Source: Macrostomum lignano | Lineage: Eukaryota | Reading direction: 5' to 3' | Length of the DNA: 31,901 nt | NCBI GenBank assembly: GCA_002269645.1 | Contig: NIVC01004902.1 | Coordinates: 1 to 31,901 of the forward strand | Shown: positions 1 to 12,754 of the stretch, one piece after another | How positions within the stretch are numbered: the stretch's first letter is position 1 | Layout: each line of letters starts with the position of its first letter | Program-made: the position numbers and the translations under genes | The notes under the pieces: generated by a model | What the model saw: the letters and a program-made list of their open reading frames with translations, nothing else | The model's database searches: none | Told to the model about the DNA's origin: nothing

Positions 1-2615
1 GCCTACATGCTTACAGAACAGCCTACATGCTTACAGAACAGCCTACATGCTTACAGAACAGCCTACATGCTTACAGAACAGCCTACATGCTTACAGAACA
101 GCCTACATGCTTACAGAACAGCCTACATGCTTACAGAACAGCCTACATGCTTACAGAACAGCCTACATGTTTACAGAACAGCCTACATGCTTACAGAACA
201 GCCTACATGCTTACAGAACAGCCTACATGCTTACAGAACAGCCTACATGCTTACAGAACAGCCTACATGCTTACAGAACAGCCTACATGCTTACAGAACA
301 GCCTACATGCTTACAGAACAGCCTACATGCTTACAGAACAGCCTACATGCTTACAGAACAGCCTACATGCTTACAGAACAGCCTACATGCTTACAGAACA
401 GCCTACATGCTTACAGAACAGCCTACATGCTTACAGAACAGCCTACATGCTTACAGAACAGCCTACATGCTTACAGAACAGCCTACATGCTTACAGAACA
501 GCCTACATGCTTACAGAACAGCCTACATGCTTACAGAACAGCCTACATGCTTACAGAACAGCCTACATGCTTACAGAACAGCCTACATGCTTACAGAACA
601 GCCTACATGCTTACAGAACAGCCTACATGCTTACAGAACAGCCTACATGCTTACAGAACAGCCTACATGCTTACAGAACAGCCTACATGCTTACAGAACA
701 GCCTACATGCTTACAGAACAGCCTACATGCTACAGAACAGCCTACATGCTTACAGAACAGCCTACATGCTTACAGAACAGCCTACATGCTTACAGAACAG
801 CCTACATGCCTACAGAACAGCCTACATGCTTACAGAACAGCCTACATGCTTACAGAACAGCCTACATGCTTACAGAACAGCCTACATGCTACAGAACAGC
901 CTACATGCTTACAGAACAGCCTACATGCTTACAGAACAGCCTACATGCTACAGAACAGCCTACATGCTTACAGAACAGCCTACATGCTTACAGAACAGCC
1001 TACATGCTTACAGAACAGCCTACATGCTTACAGAACAGCCTAAATGCTTACAGAACAGCCTACATGCTTACAGAACAGCCTACATGCTTACAGAACAGCT
1101 TAGATGCTTACAGAACAGCCTACATGCTTACAGAACAGCCTACATGCTTACAGAACAGCCTACATGCTTACAGAACAGCCTACATGCTTACAGAACAGCC
1201 TACATGCTACAGAACAGCCTACATGCTTACAGAACAGCCTACATGCTTACAGAACAGCCTACATGCTTACAGAACAGCCTACATGCTTACAGAACAGCCT
1301 ACATGCTTACAGAACAGCCTACATGCTTACAGAACAGCCTACATGCTTACAGAACAGCTACATGCTTACAGAACAGCCTACATGCTACAGAACAGCCTAC
1401 ATGCTTACAGAACAGCCTACATGCTTACAGAACAGCCTACATGCTTACAGAACAGCCTACATGCTTACAGAACAGCCTACATGCTTACAGAACAGCCTAC
1501 ATGCTTACAGAACAGCCTACATGCTTACAGAACAGCCTACATGCTTACAGAACAGCCTACATGCTTACAGAACAGCCTACATGCTTACAGAACAGCCTAC
1601 ATGCTTACAGAACAGCCTACATGCTTACAGAACAGCCTACATGCTTACAGAACAGCCTACATGCTTACAGAACAGCCTACATGCTTACAGAACAGCCTAC
1701 ATGCTTACAGAACAGCCTACATGCTTACAGAACAGCCTACATGCTTACAGAACAGCCTACATGCTTACAGAACAGCCTACATGCTTACAGAACAGCCTAC
1801 ATGCTTACAGAACAGCCTACATGCTTACAGAACAGCCTACATGCTTACAGAACAGCCTACATGCTTACAGAACAGCCTACATGCTTACAGAACAGCCTAC
1901 ATGCTTACAGAACAGCCTACATGCTTACAGAACAGCCTACATGCTTACAGAACAGCCTACATGCTTACAGAACAGCCTACATGCTTACAGAACAGCCTAC
2001 ATGCTTACAGAACAGCCTACATGCTTACAGAACAGCCTACATGCTTACAGAACAGCCTACATGCTTACAGAACAGCCTACATGCTTACAGAACAGCCTAC
2101 ATGCTTACAGAACAGCCTACATGCTTACAGAACAGCCTACATGCTTACAGAACAGCCTACATGCTTACAGAACAGCCTACATGCTTACAGAACAGCCTAC
2201 ATGCTTACAGAACAGCCTACATGCTTACAGAACAGCCTACATGCTTACAGAACAGCCTACATGCTTACAGAACAGCCTACATGCTTACAGAACAGCCTAC
2301 ATGCTTACAGAACAGCCTACATGCTTACAGAACAGCCTACATGCTTACAGAACAGCCTACATGCTTACAGAACAGCCTACATGCTTACAGAACAGCCTAC
2401 ATGCTTACAGAACAGCCTACATGCTTACAGAACAGCCTACATGCTTACAGAACAGCCTACATGCTTACAGAACAGCCTACATGCTTACAGAACAGCCTAC
2501 ATGCTTACAGAACAGCCTACATGCTTACAGAACAGCCTACATGCTTACAGAACAGCCTACATGCTTACAGAACAGCCTACATGCTTACAGAACAGCCTAC
2601 ATGCTTACAGAACAG
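1..2615. repeat. 20-bp tandem satellite (GCCTACATGCTTACAGAACA)n, about 130 copies, continuing off the left edge; probably intronic to the pseudokinase gene
   Basis: Exact 20-bp periodicity is visible directly. There are a few 1-nt deletions and substitutions, mostly between about 720 and 1390; about 1390-2615 is essentially invariant. Confidence 0.99.
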
Positions 2616-2729
2616 ACTCAATCATGCAACAACTTTTCTATTAGTAGCGGTGCACCCAGAGTGAGCCATACTTCAAAATTGATTTGTAAAACCCTGTCAA
2701 AAATGGAACATTTCTAACACCCACCAAAG

Positions 2730-5700
2730 GCTGCTGGACCACGCCAACCTCATCAAGCTGCTGGGCCTGCACCACACGCCCGGCCACCCAATGTCCGGCT
2801 ACTGCCTCATCACCGAGCACATCAACTGCGGCAGTTTGCGTCAATTCCTGCACAAGCAGGGCGAACGGCTGCTGAGAGACTGGGAAATCCTAATCAGCTT
2901 CGGCGGCCAGGTGGCCAACGCCTCCGCCTACCTGCACAGAAAGGGCGTCGTGCACAACGAGCTGGTGAATTGCAGCTATTGTATTGTTTGCTCCCATCAG
3001 TGCCAAGCTAAGCACTAATCTGCACTTAGTGACCCTTAATGAGTTGTCCCCTCGTCTGAGCTATGACTTTCTGAGCTATGACCTCATATAAGCTATGATC
3101 CACTTCCTTTGAATAATAATATTCTGATTATGACCTAATCTATGCCCCTCTAATCTATGACCCTCTGATCTATGACCCTCTGATCTATGACCCTCTAATT
3201 TATAATCCTCTAATCTATGACCCTCTAATCTATGCCCCTCTAATCTATGACCCTCTGATCTATGACCCTCTGATCTATGACCCTCTAATTTATAATCCTC
3301 TAATCTATGGCCCTCTAATCTATGCCCCTCTAATCTATGACCCTCTAATCTTTGACCCTCTGATCTATGACCCTCTAATCTATGCCCCTCTAATCTATGA
3401 CCCTCTGATCTATGACCCTCTGATCTATGACCCTCTAATTTATAATCCTCTAATCTATGACCCTCTAATCTATGCCCCTCTAATCTATGACCCTCTGATC
3501 TATGACCCTCTGATCTATGACCCTCTAATTTATAATCCTCTAATCTATGGCCCTCTAATCTATGCCCCTCTAATCTATGACCCTCTAATCTTTGACCCTC
3601 TGATCTATGACCCTCTAATCTACGACCCTCTGATCTACGACCCTCTGATCTATGACCCTCTATCTTTGACCCTCTAGTCTATGACCCTCTAATTTATAAA
3701 CCTCTAATCTATGACCCTCTATCTTTGACCCTCTAATCTATGACCCTCTAATTTATAATCCTCTAATTTATAATCCTCTAATCTATGACCCTCTAATCTA
3801 TGACACTCTAATCTATGACACTCTAATCTATGACACTCTAATCTATGACACTCTAACCTATGACTCTCTAATCTTTGACCCTCTAATCTATGACCCTCTA
3901 ATCTATGACCCTCTAATCTATGACCCTCTGATCCATAACCCTTCGGACTTTGACCCTCTTAACTATGACCCTTGATTTATGACCCTGATCTTTGACCGTC
4001 TATGAAATGACCCAATGAGCAGTTTCTGATTCTGATTCTGACCTCATTTTTGACAAAATTAGAACTCAAAATAAAATATGATATGACAATGATTGAAGGA
4101 AAGCATTTAGTTTGACCAGATCTGAATATTTGTATGTAATTCACTTTAATAAAAGTTAAAAGCTAAATCTCACGAATAGCGTTAAGTAGTATAAACCGAA
4201 TGTCTACCCCCGAATTGACTCGACAGGTCCTGGACAACTGCCTGCTAGAACGATCCGACAGATTCACCGTGAAAGTCTCCGGCTTGGAGTTCGCCCGATT
4301 CGAGGATTCGAGCCCGCGACCTCTGGTTCATCTGATGTGGCGCAAGTACTGCCGAGTGGCGCCTCTGTGTCCGGAGATCGCGAGTGGCGCCAGGCAGCTG
4401 CCCACCTGCGCGTCGGATGTCTGGGCGCTCGGCCTGCTGGTCTGGTCTTTGTTCTCTCACGGCCGCCAGCCCAGCGACTGCTCAGCAGGTGCTCAGCCGC
4501 CCCCGCTCATGCTCAGCTCCCCGCTGCTGCCTAAAGAGCTCACAGCGGCGTTGGACCATCTGATTCGATCCTGCCTGCACAGCGTAAGCTGCCGTTTCTC
4601 TGCCTCTGCTCATTCATAGAGAAGTGTAGTCTTTGTCACATACTGATAATTAGACAGGTGTAGTCTTTGTCACATACTGATAATTAGACAGGTGTAGTCT
4701 TTGTCAGATTTTGACGCTGAGAGTCTAAGTCCAGATGGAATGCTAGAGTCATGCTAGAGTCATGCCAGGGTCATGCTAGAGTCATGCTAGGGTCATGCTA
4801 GAGCCATGCTAGGGTCATGCTAGAGCCATGCTAAAGTCATGCTAGAGTCATGCTAGAGTCATGCTAGGGTCATGCTAGAGTCATGCTAGAGTCATGCTAG
4901 GGTCATGCCAGGGTCATGCTAGAGTCATGCTAGGGTCATGCTAGAGCCATGCTAGGGTCATGCTAGAGCCATGCTAAAGTCATGCTAGAGTCATGCTAGA
5001 GTCATGCTAGAGTCATGCTAGGGTCATGCTAGAGTCATGCTAGAGTCATGCTAGAGTCATGCTAGGGTCATGCTAGAGTCATGCTAGAGTCATGCTAGGG
5101 TCATGCTAAGGTCATGGTTCAGTGAAAACAACAGCTTAAACACACTCCATCAATCAAAATTGGTTGTCAAACTGTAGTTGCATCACTGAAACTCATTCCA
5201 ATTTTAGATGCCGCAGCTCAGAATCTCGGCAGCAGAGATTGGAAAACAATTGCGCAGCCTGATCGACTTTCGCAGCTACCTGAGCGCCAAGTACGGTAAG
5301 TTGCGGGCCCTGCGCCGCCAGTATGAAAATGGCAGTGCATTCCACAAAACCAAACAGACGACATTGTTTAGAAAAAACAACACACGCCGCTTGCAGATCA
5401 GAGCTTCAGCTCCGGCGTGTCCTCAGCTGACCTCGAACCATTCGGCGATCATCGCTCAGGTGGTGCAGGCGCCTTTGAGATTTCGTCGTCTTCCTCCACG
5501 ACAACTCCGCCGCCGCTGCAACCGGCTGACGGGGGCGGAGGCGGCGGCAGTCCCGGCGGCGGGGCGCTCACCAGGAAGTCGTCGCGACGGCTGGGCTTCT
5601 TCCGCTCCAAGAAGTGGAAGTCAGCGAACCTCGCCGACCAAACCGGCAGCGGCGGTGGCAGCGGAGGCAGCGGCTTCAAGCGCCTGCTGATGTTCTCTCG

Positions 5701-6229
5701 CAGCTCCGGCGGCGGCCGCGGTCGCTCGCGAGACGCTGGCTACTACGAAAACGCCGACGGAGACGCCGCTTCGGCAGCCGAAGCCGCAGCCGTGCAGAAG
5801 TCGAAGAGCGCCCACCAGCTGGCTCAGCCGGAGCGCCGACGACGCAGCTCCGAGAGCCTGATGACGTCATCGGCCACGGCCGCAGCGGCGGTGCCGGATG
5901 AGCAGCTGCTGCAATCTGAGCGGCGCTGCCAGCGGCTCCTTGACCAGCTGGGCCAGCTGCGGGTCCGCTGCGACGCCGAGCGGGACCGCCGAGTGGCCGC
6001 CGAGGCGGAGCTGCGGTCGGTGCGGCAGGTCTGCGAGCTGCGGCTGGCGGACGCTGACTCCGCTGCCAAGCAGTGGCGCCAGCAGCTGCTGGTGGAGCGA
6101 GCCGACATGCGCGAGCAGCTCGACGGCCTGCGCAGGGAGAACCTGCGCCTGCGGCAAGCGGCTGGCCGGTCACAAGACAGCGGCATCGCCTGTGGGGACT
6201 GCCCAGCTAAGCCGCTGGAGTCTGACTGA
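2730..6229 (+). CDS. Tyrosine-kinase-like pseudokinase with low-complexity linker and C-terminal coiled coil (5' exons lie outside the window)
   Basis: Phase-consistent AG/GT exons 2730-2964, 4227-4583, 5208-5295 and 5397-6229 (TGA). The spliced product reads LLDHANLIKLLGL...LITEHINCGSLRQFL...QVANASAYLHRKGVVHNEL|VLDNCLL...TVKVSGLEFAR...LCPE...SDVWALGLLVWSLFSHGRQP...CLHS|MPQLRISAAEI, matching kinase subdomains IV-XI. It continues through a Gly/Ser-rich region and an E/R/L/Q-rich heptad region. Confidence 0.88.
3135..3990. repeat. 15-bp minisatellite (TAATCTATGACCCTC)n with a 240-bp higher-order duplication, in a pseudokinase intron
   Basis: 15-bp period visible; 3181-3360 is repeated identically at 3421-3600. 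Confidence 0.95.
4624..4707. repeat. Short direct repeat (GTGTAGTCTTTGTCACATACTGATAATTAGACAG), about 2.5 copies
   Basis: Directly visible tandem duplication. Confidence 0.85.
4739..5116. repeat. 11-bp minisatellite (CATGCTAGAGT / CATGCTAGGGT)n, intronic
   Basis: 11-bp period visible. Confidence 0.95.
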
Positions 6230-6837
6230 CTGGCTGATCTGACTAAGACCTAGTTTACGTATGACCAGGATTCATTTATTGTGATCTAACTGTTTTCATA
6301 AGGCTATATATGCATACTATTTCTTAAATTGATATGCAATTGCTTTGTTTGTCACTATTTTATAATGAATGCCTCACACTACACTACTGTTCACGAGCTG
6401 TAGTAGCATTGCCGGACAATCTTTGTGTACAGTTTGTTATTCTTTTCTTGCTATTAATCATTTAATGATGACATTTTGTAATTCTGTATGGTTCCTCAGT
6501 GTATGCTATCTGCTTGGTGTAATGTGTCTTTAAATCTAAAAAATCGATATGAAATTTAAAATTTATTCACATTTACCTCTGGATCTCCCTATTTTGTACA
6601 GATACTAAAATACCTAGATATGCCACTCGTAAATAAACAAAAAAGCAGATTGTCTACTCTTTTTTAGTAGTTTGCCTGCACAGTGTCACTTAAATTCAAT
6701 GTGGCAGCAAAAATTCCTTTCCCTTTCCTTCCTCGGGGTTTGCGGCCTCAGCAGCATATGGGATTAAGAATGAACAAAAAAATAAATCGATGTACACATA
6801 ACACAAGTGAACGTAAGATGGACGAAACTCAACCTAG

Positions 6838-7029
6838 GAGCAGGCCCAATCTAGCACAGCCAATGAGAGAGCAGTAGGGAGAGACTAGTGGCAGGCCCAA
6901 TCTAGCACAGCCAATGAGAGAGCAGTAGGGAGAGACTAGTGGCAGGCCCAATCTAGCACAGCCAATGAGAGAGCAGTAGGGAGAGACTAGGGGCAGGCCT
7001 GATCTAGCTCAGCCAATGAGAGAGAAGTA
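6838..7029. repeat. 51-bp tandem repeat, about 3.7 copies, containing AGCCAATGAG
   Basis: CAGGCCCAATCTAGCACAGCCAATGAGAGAGCAGTAGGGAGAGACTAGTGG recurs at 6841, 6892 and 6943, with a degenerate fourth copy. Confidence 0.92.
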
Positions 7030-8518
7030 GGGAGAGAGATCAAAATCAGACACGAGCGGGCAAGATGAAAGCCAAACTGTTTATCGGCCTGACTGGGGCT
7101 GGGGCACCACACCTTTTCTTTCTTGTTCGCTATACATGCAGCTTCAAACAGGATTCAGATGCAAATTTAATGGATCTGCTTGTTGAAAGCGGGAGACAAT
7201 TCTTGCAGCTTGTAAAACTTTAAAAAGCTCATAAATGTTAGAATTTCTAATATTACTTCTATTAAATAAATTCTAAATTTTACTTTATATGGGCGAAAAC
7301 GCTAATCTTGCTACTAAGAAGAGTTGATGAGCCATTATTTGCAAGTGCTGTTCTTGCAATCAAGGAGCCATTGTTTGTTTAGTTAAATATACAAAACGAA
7401 ACAGACAGTATGATGGACACAACTGCATAGATTGATTGTGTTAGCATTTCGGCGGCACAAGCGATTATTGCTATTCAGTAATAAATATGAATTGTATAAA
7501 TATGAATTGTATATAAATATATATATTTGACTAATAAATAAACAGCGCGTTTAAAAACACTGTGTACATATTTATAGTGTACACAGAAACAAAACGGTTT
7601 AAAAGCTTGATTGAATAGTTGACTAACCCTATGATCTATTGCTAAATGTCAATCAATACACATAGATGCAGACTATATTTATGAATGCTGAATTCGGAGT
7701 AATGCCTAGAGTAAAAAGCCACTTAGTCGAGTAATGATAAAACATGTTTCCGCTACGTTTGGAGGCAACAGAAAGCAAAATTTAACTATCTTTCACAAAG
7801 AAAATATTCGCACCACCTCAGCAAAAAATGTGTTAAATAGGCAGTTAAAAGTGCAGCTAGAAGTGGGGCTTCAATAAATTGAATTTCACACCAGACAGTA
7901 ACGTATGCCCAGTCTAGCTCTAAAAGTCCTTGTAACTTTCCTTGATCACTATTGACCCATAAACGTCCTTGGCTATGATTGCAATTAACTAATTAAATTT
8001 TCAATCTTACTGATAAGAAGCGAGGTAGGCGAGCGATCAAAGTACAGAGAAATAATTATGTGAAATATATTTCAACTAATCGAGAGTACTAGATGGCTGA
8101 ATGCACTTTTTTGTTATAATCCTACAATTTTTAAATAGATTTTAAATAAAGAACTGTTGAATTTAGTGCATACAAATGGGCACACATTCGATTTTGACGA
8201 GTCTTGATGAAGCAAAAACTGTACAATAAGGCAGTTCACGAGGCTCTGGCCTAGCATTGATGCCTCTCCTACAAAACCTAACAAATCACCAGGGCTGCAG
8301 ATTATGATAATTGCAGCCAAGTCGCTAATAGATTTACAAGTGCAGCAGCGAACAACAGTGGGGAGGCGGGCACGCGTGACGGTGTAAGGTTGATTGGTGA
8401 GAGTTTTTCAATTCCCCTGCTCAAGCCTGCTATGCCATCAGTAGGCCGGACTCGAGCAGTGAACTCACTCTGGCCTACAGTTGTAGAAAAGCCGATGACA
8501 AAAAAGCTAGATCGGCGA

Positions 8519-8825
8519 TCACTCCGCCGCGGCCTCCGCTTCAGCTGGCTGCGCCGCCTCGGCGCCACCGTCTTCGTGGTTGCCGTCCTCGGCGGAGCCG
8601 ATAACCCGCGGCCCCTGGTCGGTGATGATCACTTTGCTCGTCGGCTTGATGCGCTGGTACTCAACGCCGTACTGCGGGCCTTTGTACAGCTCCTGGCGCT
8701 CGTCGAAGCCACGATGGTCCTTCACTCGCTCGTATTGGCTGTACATGATGATCTTGGGCTGGAGGGCGAGACAGCGGGACAGTTAGCTGAGTGTCTGACT
8801 GTCTGTCTGTCTCTGTCTGTCTGTC

Positions 8826-8886
<61 letters not shown>

Positions 8887-11800
8887 GACTGTCTGTCTGT
8901 CTCTCTGTCTGTGTGTCTTTCAATCTATCAATCTATATAATATATTATGATTTATCTAATTTTCACAGTCAACGGACGTACCGGAATTCCGCTAAGCTTC
9001 TCGGCAAGGGGGTCACTACAAATAGTTGTAGAATAAAAAATAAGTAATATTTTGTATCTTTAAATATAAAACAAAAGTTCAGTATTTTTAATTCCTTTTT
9101 ACACTTACGGAGCAGTCTGCACCTTGCTGCTCGATCCTTTTTGGCCTCTGTAATGAAGAGACGTGATAACTTGTAATCTATCAAAGGTCTATCAAAGGTC
9201 TATCAAAGGCGGTAACTATCAAAGGCGGTAACTATCAAAGACGGTAACTATCAAAGACGGTAACTGTCAAAGGCGGTAACTATCAAAGGCGGTAACTATC
9301 AAAGGCGGTAACTATCAAAGGCGGTAACTATCAAAGGCGGTAACTATCAAAGGTGGTAACTATCAAAGGCGGTAACTATCAAAGGCGGTAACTATCAAAG
9401 GCGGTAACTATCAAAGGCGGTAACTATCAAAGGCGGTAACTATCAAAGGCGGTAACTATCAAAGGCGGTAACTATTAAAGGCGGTAACTGTCAAAGGCGG
9501 TAATTGTCAAAGGATACTAACCCCTTCTGCATTTGCCGGGCTCGCTCCGACAGCTCGACAATCTGAAATTGAATCAAGTCCAATTCTGAAATTTTGCCAC
9601 AGAAAAGTGAAAAATAGAATATGACAAATATGAATCAGAGGCTGCGCCTCACCTCCATGTTCTGCGTCTTGAACCGCTGCTCAAGATCGTACTTATCGCC
9701 TTCTAAGTCGTAGATTCGCTTGAACAGCTCCTTGGCCTTCTCCTGCAGCTGCTGCTCGCTGAAGCCGTCAATTTTCAGCGGCTGCACTCGCTGCTCCAGC
9801 GTGGCCTTCTTCTCCGCGTCCAGCTGCTCCTTGCTTTTGCCCTCCTTCGATTCGTCCAGACCCCCGATGCCAGCCTAAGGGAGGGGGTAGTTAATAATGA
9901 GGCCGACTGGTCTGAGTCTGAGAAGTTAATCATTGTCTTGCTATAGATTAAATTTAAGCTGCAAATCTTTTTTCAAGCTGATAGCGTGCATTCATTCTTT
10001 GACGATAATGTTAGGTTAATTTATTTGATACATACTAGTAAATAGCATGTGTGCATGACCTTTACCACTACCAAACTACTCGTACTTGGACTAGAGAACC
10101 CCCCCACCGGAGATGTACATTCATTTGATAGGGGTAGAGAATCCCTCACCGGAGGTGTACATCCATTTGATAGGGGTAGAGAATCCCCCACCAAAGATGT
10201 ACATTCATTTGACAAGGGTAGAGAATCCCCAACCAAAGATGTACATTCATTTGAGAAGGGTAGAGAATCCCCCAACCAAAGATGTACATTCAGTTGACAG
10301 GGGTAAAGAATCCCCCAACCAAAGATGTACATTCAGTTGACAGGGGTAGAGAATCCCCCAACCAAAGATGTACATTCAGTTGACAGGGGTATAGAATCCC
10401 CACCAAAGATGTACATTCATTTGACAGGGGAGAGAGTCCACAGTCGGAGATGACAGAATTTCACCAGCTACTTCAAGTAGTATAGGAGACATGGAATAGC
10501 AGGAATAAAGAATTGATTGTTCCGTTGTAAAAGTCAAGTCAAGCAATCTAAATTATTGTTTGTCCGGTTATTCGTGATACGCCGTACGAGTATAGAAAGC
10601 AAATTTTCCTTATCCACAACCAGCCACCAGAATAATATCTTGCCATCGTGCCTGCCACCATTTGAGGAAATTCTTTGGTGCAATTTCAATGAAATCTACT
10701 ATATGGCATATAATTTCGTCTACAGTATTGAATAACAATCGCGGTGAGTTAAAAGTACATATCTGAATAGCACTCCGAATAGCAAGCCGAATTTAACAGG
10801 GAGCAAGCATATTTAATCTGTTTACCTGAGTCTCATGCTGTAAAAGTGTGAAAGCATTAAAATGAATTATCGAAAATGTATTTCCAAGTCATAAACAATT
10901 ATTTAACTACCAGCGTAAACCTTTTTTGTATTAAACTTCAATGCATAGCAGCAAGTCAACTGCTAGCAGTAGAAGCTGCACCTACCTCCCCGCCTGACTT
11001 CTTGCTGATGGTGAAGTTCCGCTGGCTCTCCGTTTTCAGCCGCTCCTCCGCTTCGCGCTTGCGCCTCTCCCGCTCCTCCTTGCGCACCGCCTCTTCCTCT
11101 CGCTTGCGACGCTGCCGCTCCTCCTGTGGGGGGGGGATTGGTAGCAGCTTGCTTCTGGGTCAAGATCACTTTCAAGCTACCACAGTCTGCCTTATTAGTT
11201 GAGCCCTCATTTCTACCCCCGATTGCATTAAAGCACCACCCCTACCTCAATTTTATTGAGGCACCACTCCTACCTCAATTTCATTGAGGCCCAACTCTTA
11301 CCCCAATTTCATTGAGGCCCAACTCTTACCCCAATTTCATTGAGGCCCAACTCTTACCCCAATTTCATTGAGGCCCAACTCTTACCCCAATTTCATTGAG
11401 GCCCAACTCTTACCCCAATTTCATTGACGCCTAACTCTTACCCCAATTTCATTGAGGCCCAACCCTTACCCCAGTTTCATTGAGGCCCAACTCTTACCCC
11501 AATTTCATTGAGGCACCACTCCTACCCCAATTTTATTGAGGCCCAACTCTTACCCCAATTGAGGCATTATCCCTACCCCAATTTTACAGCCCATAAGCAA
11601 TGTACATCCGCAGACACCATAGAAAATGCAAACCTCTTCAGCGCGTCTCTTCTGCTCCTCAACTGCCCGCATTTCAGCCAGGCGCTTCTCCTCTTCGGCT
11701 CGCTCCTTTTTGCGTTGCTCCTGCAAGAAAAAGACAGTTTTGGCTTGACACATGGCTGCATTTTTTTACCGTAGATGGCACCTGTAAAGACTTGTAAAAG

Positions 11801-12656
11801 ACAGCTCACCCTCTTGGAGCGCAGATCAGCAATCTCAGCCTGCAGTTTCTCTCGCTCCTCTTTGCGCATCTCCTCGTACTCCTTCATCTCCTCCTCTATC
11901 TTGGCCATGCGTTTCTTCTTCTCCTCCTGTTATTGAAAATTAATTTTCTATTAGAAATTGGCGAGCTCAATGTTCATAGATCAGTAGGAAAACTGTTCAT
12001 CGTTATCAGCTCACCTCCATCCGAATTTGGGCCTCGTTTCGTCCGCTATCTTCCCTGAAAAATCATGTTTTTATAATTCCATTTTGTAGGCTTTAACCGA
12101 AGCCTATTTGAAGTCAATATCTTAGCATTTTAAGCAGTTTCATTGCTTCTAGAAGCGGATTAACCCCAAGGAAATTGCGACTCACTCGCCGCCGAAAACT
12201 GGTCTCGGCTTATCGGCCGGCGCAGCAGGTGACGCAGACGCCTGCTGCTCCTCCTCCGTGGTCGGCTGCTCCTCTCTGTCAATGGAAGCGCAGCAGAAAT
12301 TGAGTAAATTTGACGTCCCGTTTTCTGTCTATGGCTTAAATATAAGTAGTCTGAAATAGTGCATCTTGCAAGGGTGAGAGCGGAGCAGTAACGCGTCCTG
12401 GGCTCGACTCCCGAACACGCACACGGATGCATAAGCAGGTGCATCCTAACACAGGGTGTGCAGCGGCGGCTGGACGTGAATCACACACCAAACCCCTCAG
12501 GTCTACAGGAGCAGGTCGAATGGAACCACGAAGCTGCTCCGACACCCCCGTATGTACCACACTTGAGTCCTTTAGCAACGGGTAAATATATGCGAATGGC
12601 AAAGAATGATTGATAGAACAAAAAACTCACTGTTGCTCTTCGGCTTCGTCGGACAT
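8519..12656 (-). CDS. TNNT: Troponin T (invertebrate type), 11 coding exons, 357 aa if all exons are included
   Basis: Phase-consistent exons 12656-12631, 12275-12186, 12054-12015, 11926-11810, 11720-11634, 11123-10986, 9874-9653, 9562-9522, 9147-9109, 9015-8982 and 8758-8519, totalling 1074 nt. Hallmark segments: MSDEAEE start, E/K/R-rich helix, QRNFTISKK, KSKEQLDAEKKATLEQRVQPLKIDG...AKELFKRIYDLEGDKYDLEQRF...IVELSERARQM, and DPLAEKLSGIPPKIIMYSQYERVKDHRGFDER. Confidence 0.93.
8788..8930. repeat. (CTGT)n microsatellite in the last troponin T intron
   Basis: Directly visible. Confidence 0.95.
9178..9512. repeat. 16-bp minisatellite (AAAGGCGGTAACTATC)n, intronic
   Basis: 16-bp period visible; it fills the intron between the 41-nt and 39-nt exons. 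Confidence 0.95.
10085..10445. repeat. ~42-bp minisatellite (AAAGATGTACATTCA[G/T]TTGACAGGGGTAGAGAATCCCCCAACC)n, intronic
   Basis: Repeat visible; it explains the repetitive ORFs at 10049-10340. Confidence 0.93.
11235..11585. repeat. 28-bp minisatellite (ATTGAGGCCCAACTCTTACCCCAATTTC)n, intronic
   Basis: 28-bp period visible. Confidence 0.95.
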
Positions 12657-12706
12657 GCTTTGAGATGATTTCTTTTTATGAGTCCTTGAGTTAACTGGCG
12701 ATCGCT

Positions 12707-12707
12707 G

Positions 12708-12754
<47 letters not shown>

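Noticed and set aside
1-2615. CRISPR array
   Set aside because: The repeats are head-to-tail with no unique spacers, there are no cas genes, and the context is eukaryotic. The same applies to all other arrays in the window.
7-2717. Four very long ORFs (338-885 aa) of repeating MLTEQPTCLQNSLHAYRTAY
   Set aside because: They are by-products of a stop-free 20-bp satellite. The same peptide appears in all three frames and there is no synonymous variation.
5449-6242. Overlapping or antisense ORFs (5614, 5621, 5676, 5824, 5867, 5898)
   Set aside because: These are GC-rich shadows of the pseudokinase last exon. Only the 5417-6229 frame is joined in phase by splice sites.
7560-7586. Hairpin CTGTGTACA...TGTACACAG as a Helitron end or terminator
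   Set aside because: It is only a 9-bp stem in AT-rich DNA, with no downstream CTRR end or other support.
8390-8950. 186-aa + strand ORF with a hydrophobic CLSV-repeat tail
   Set aside because: It is antisense to the troponin T last exon and runs into a (CTGT)n microsatellite.
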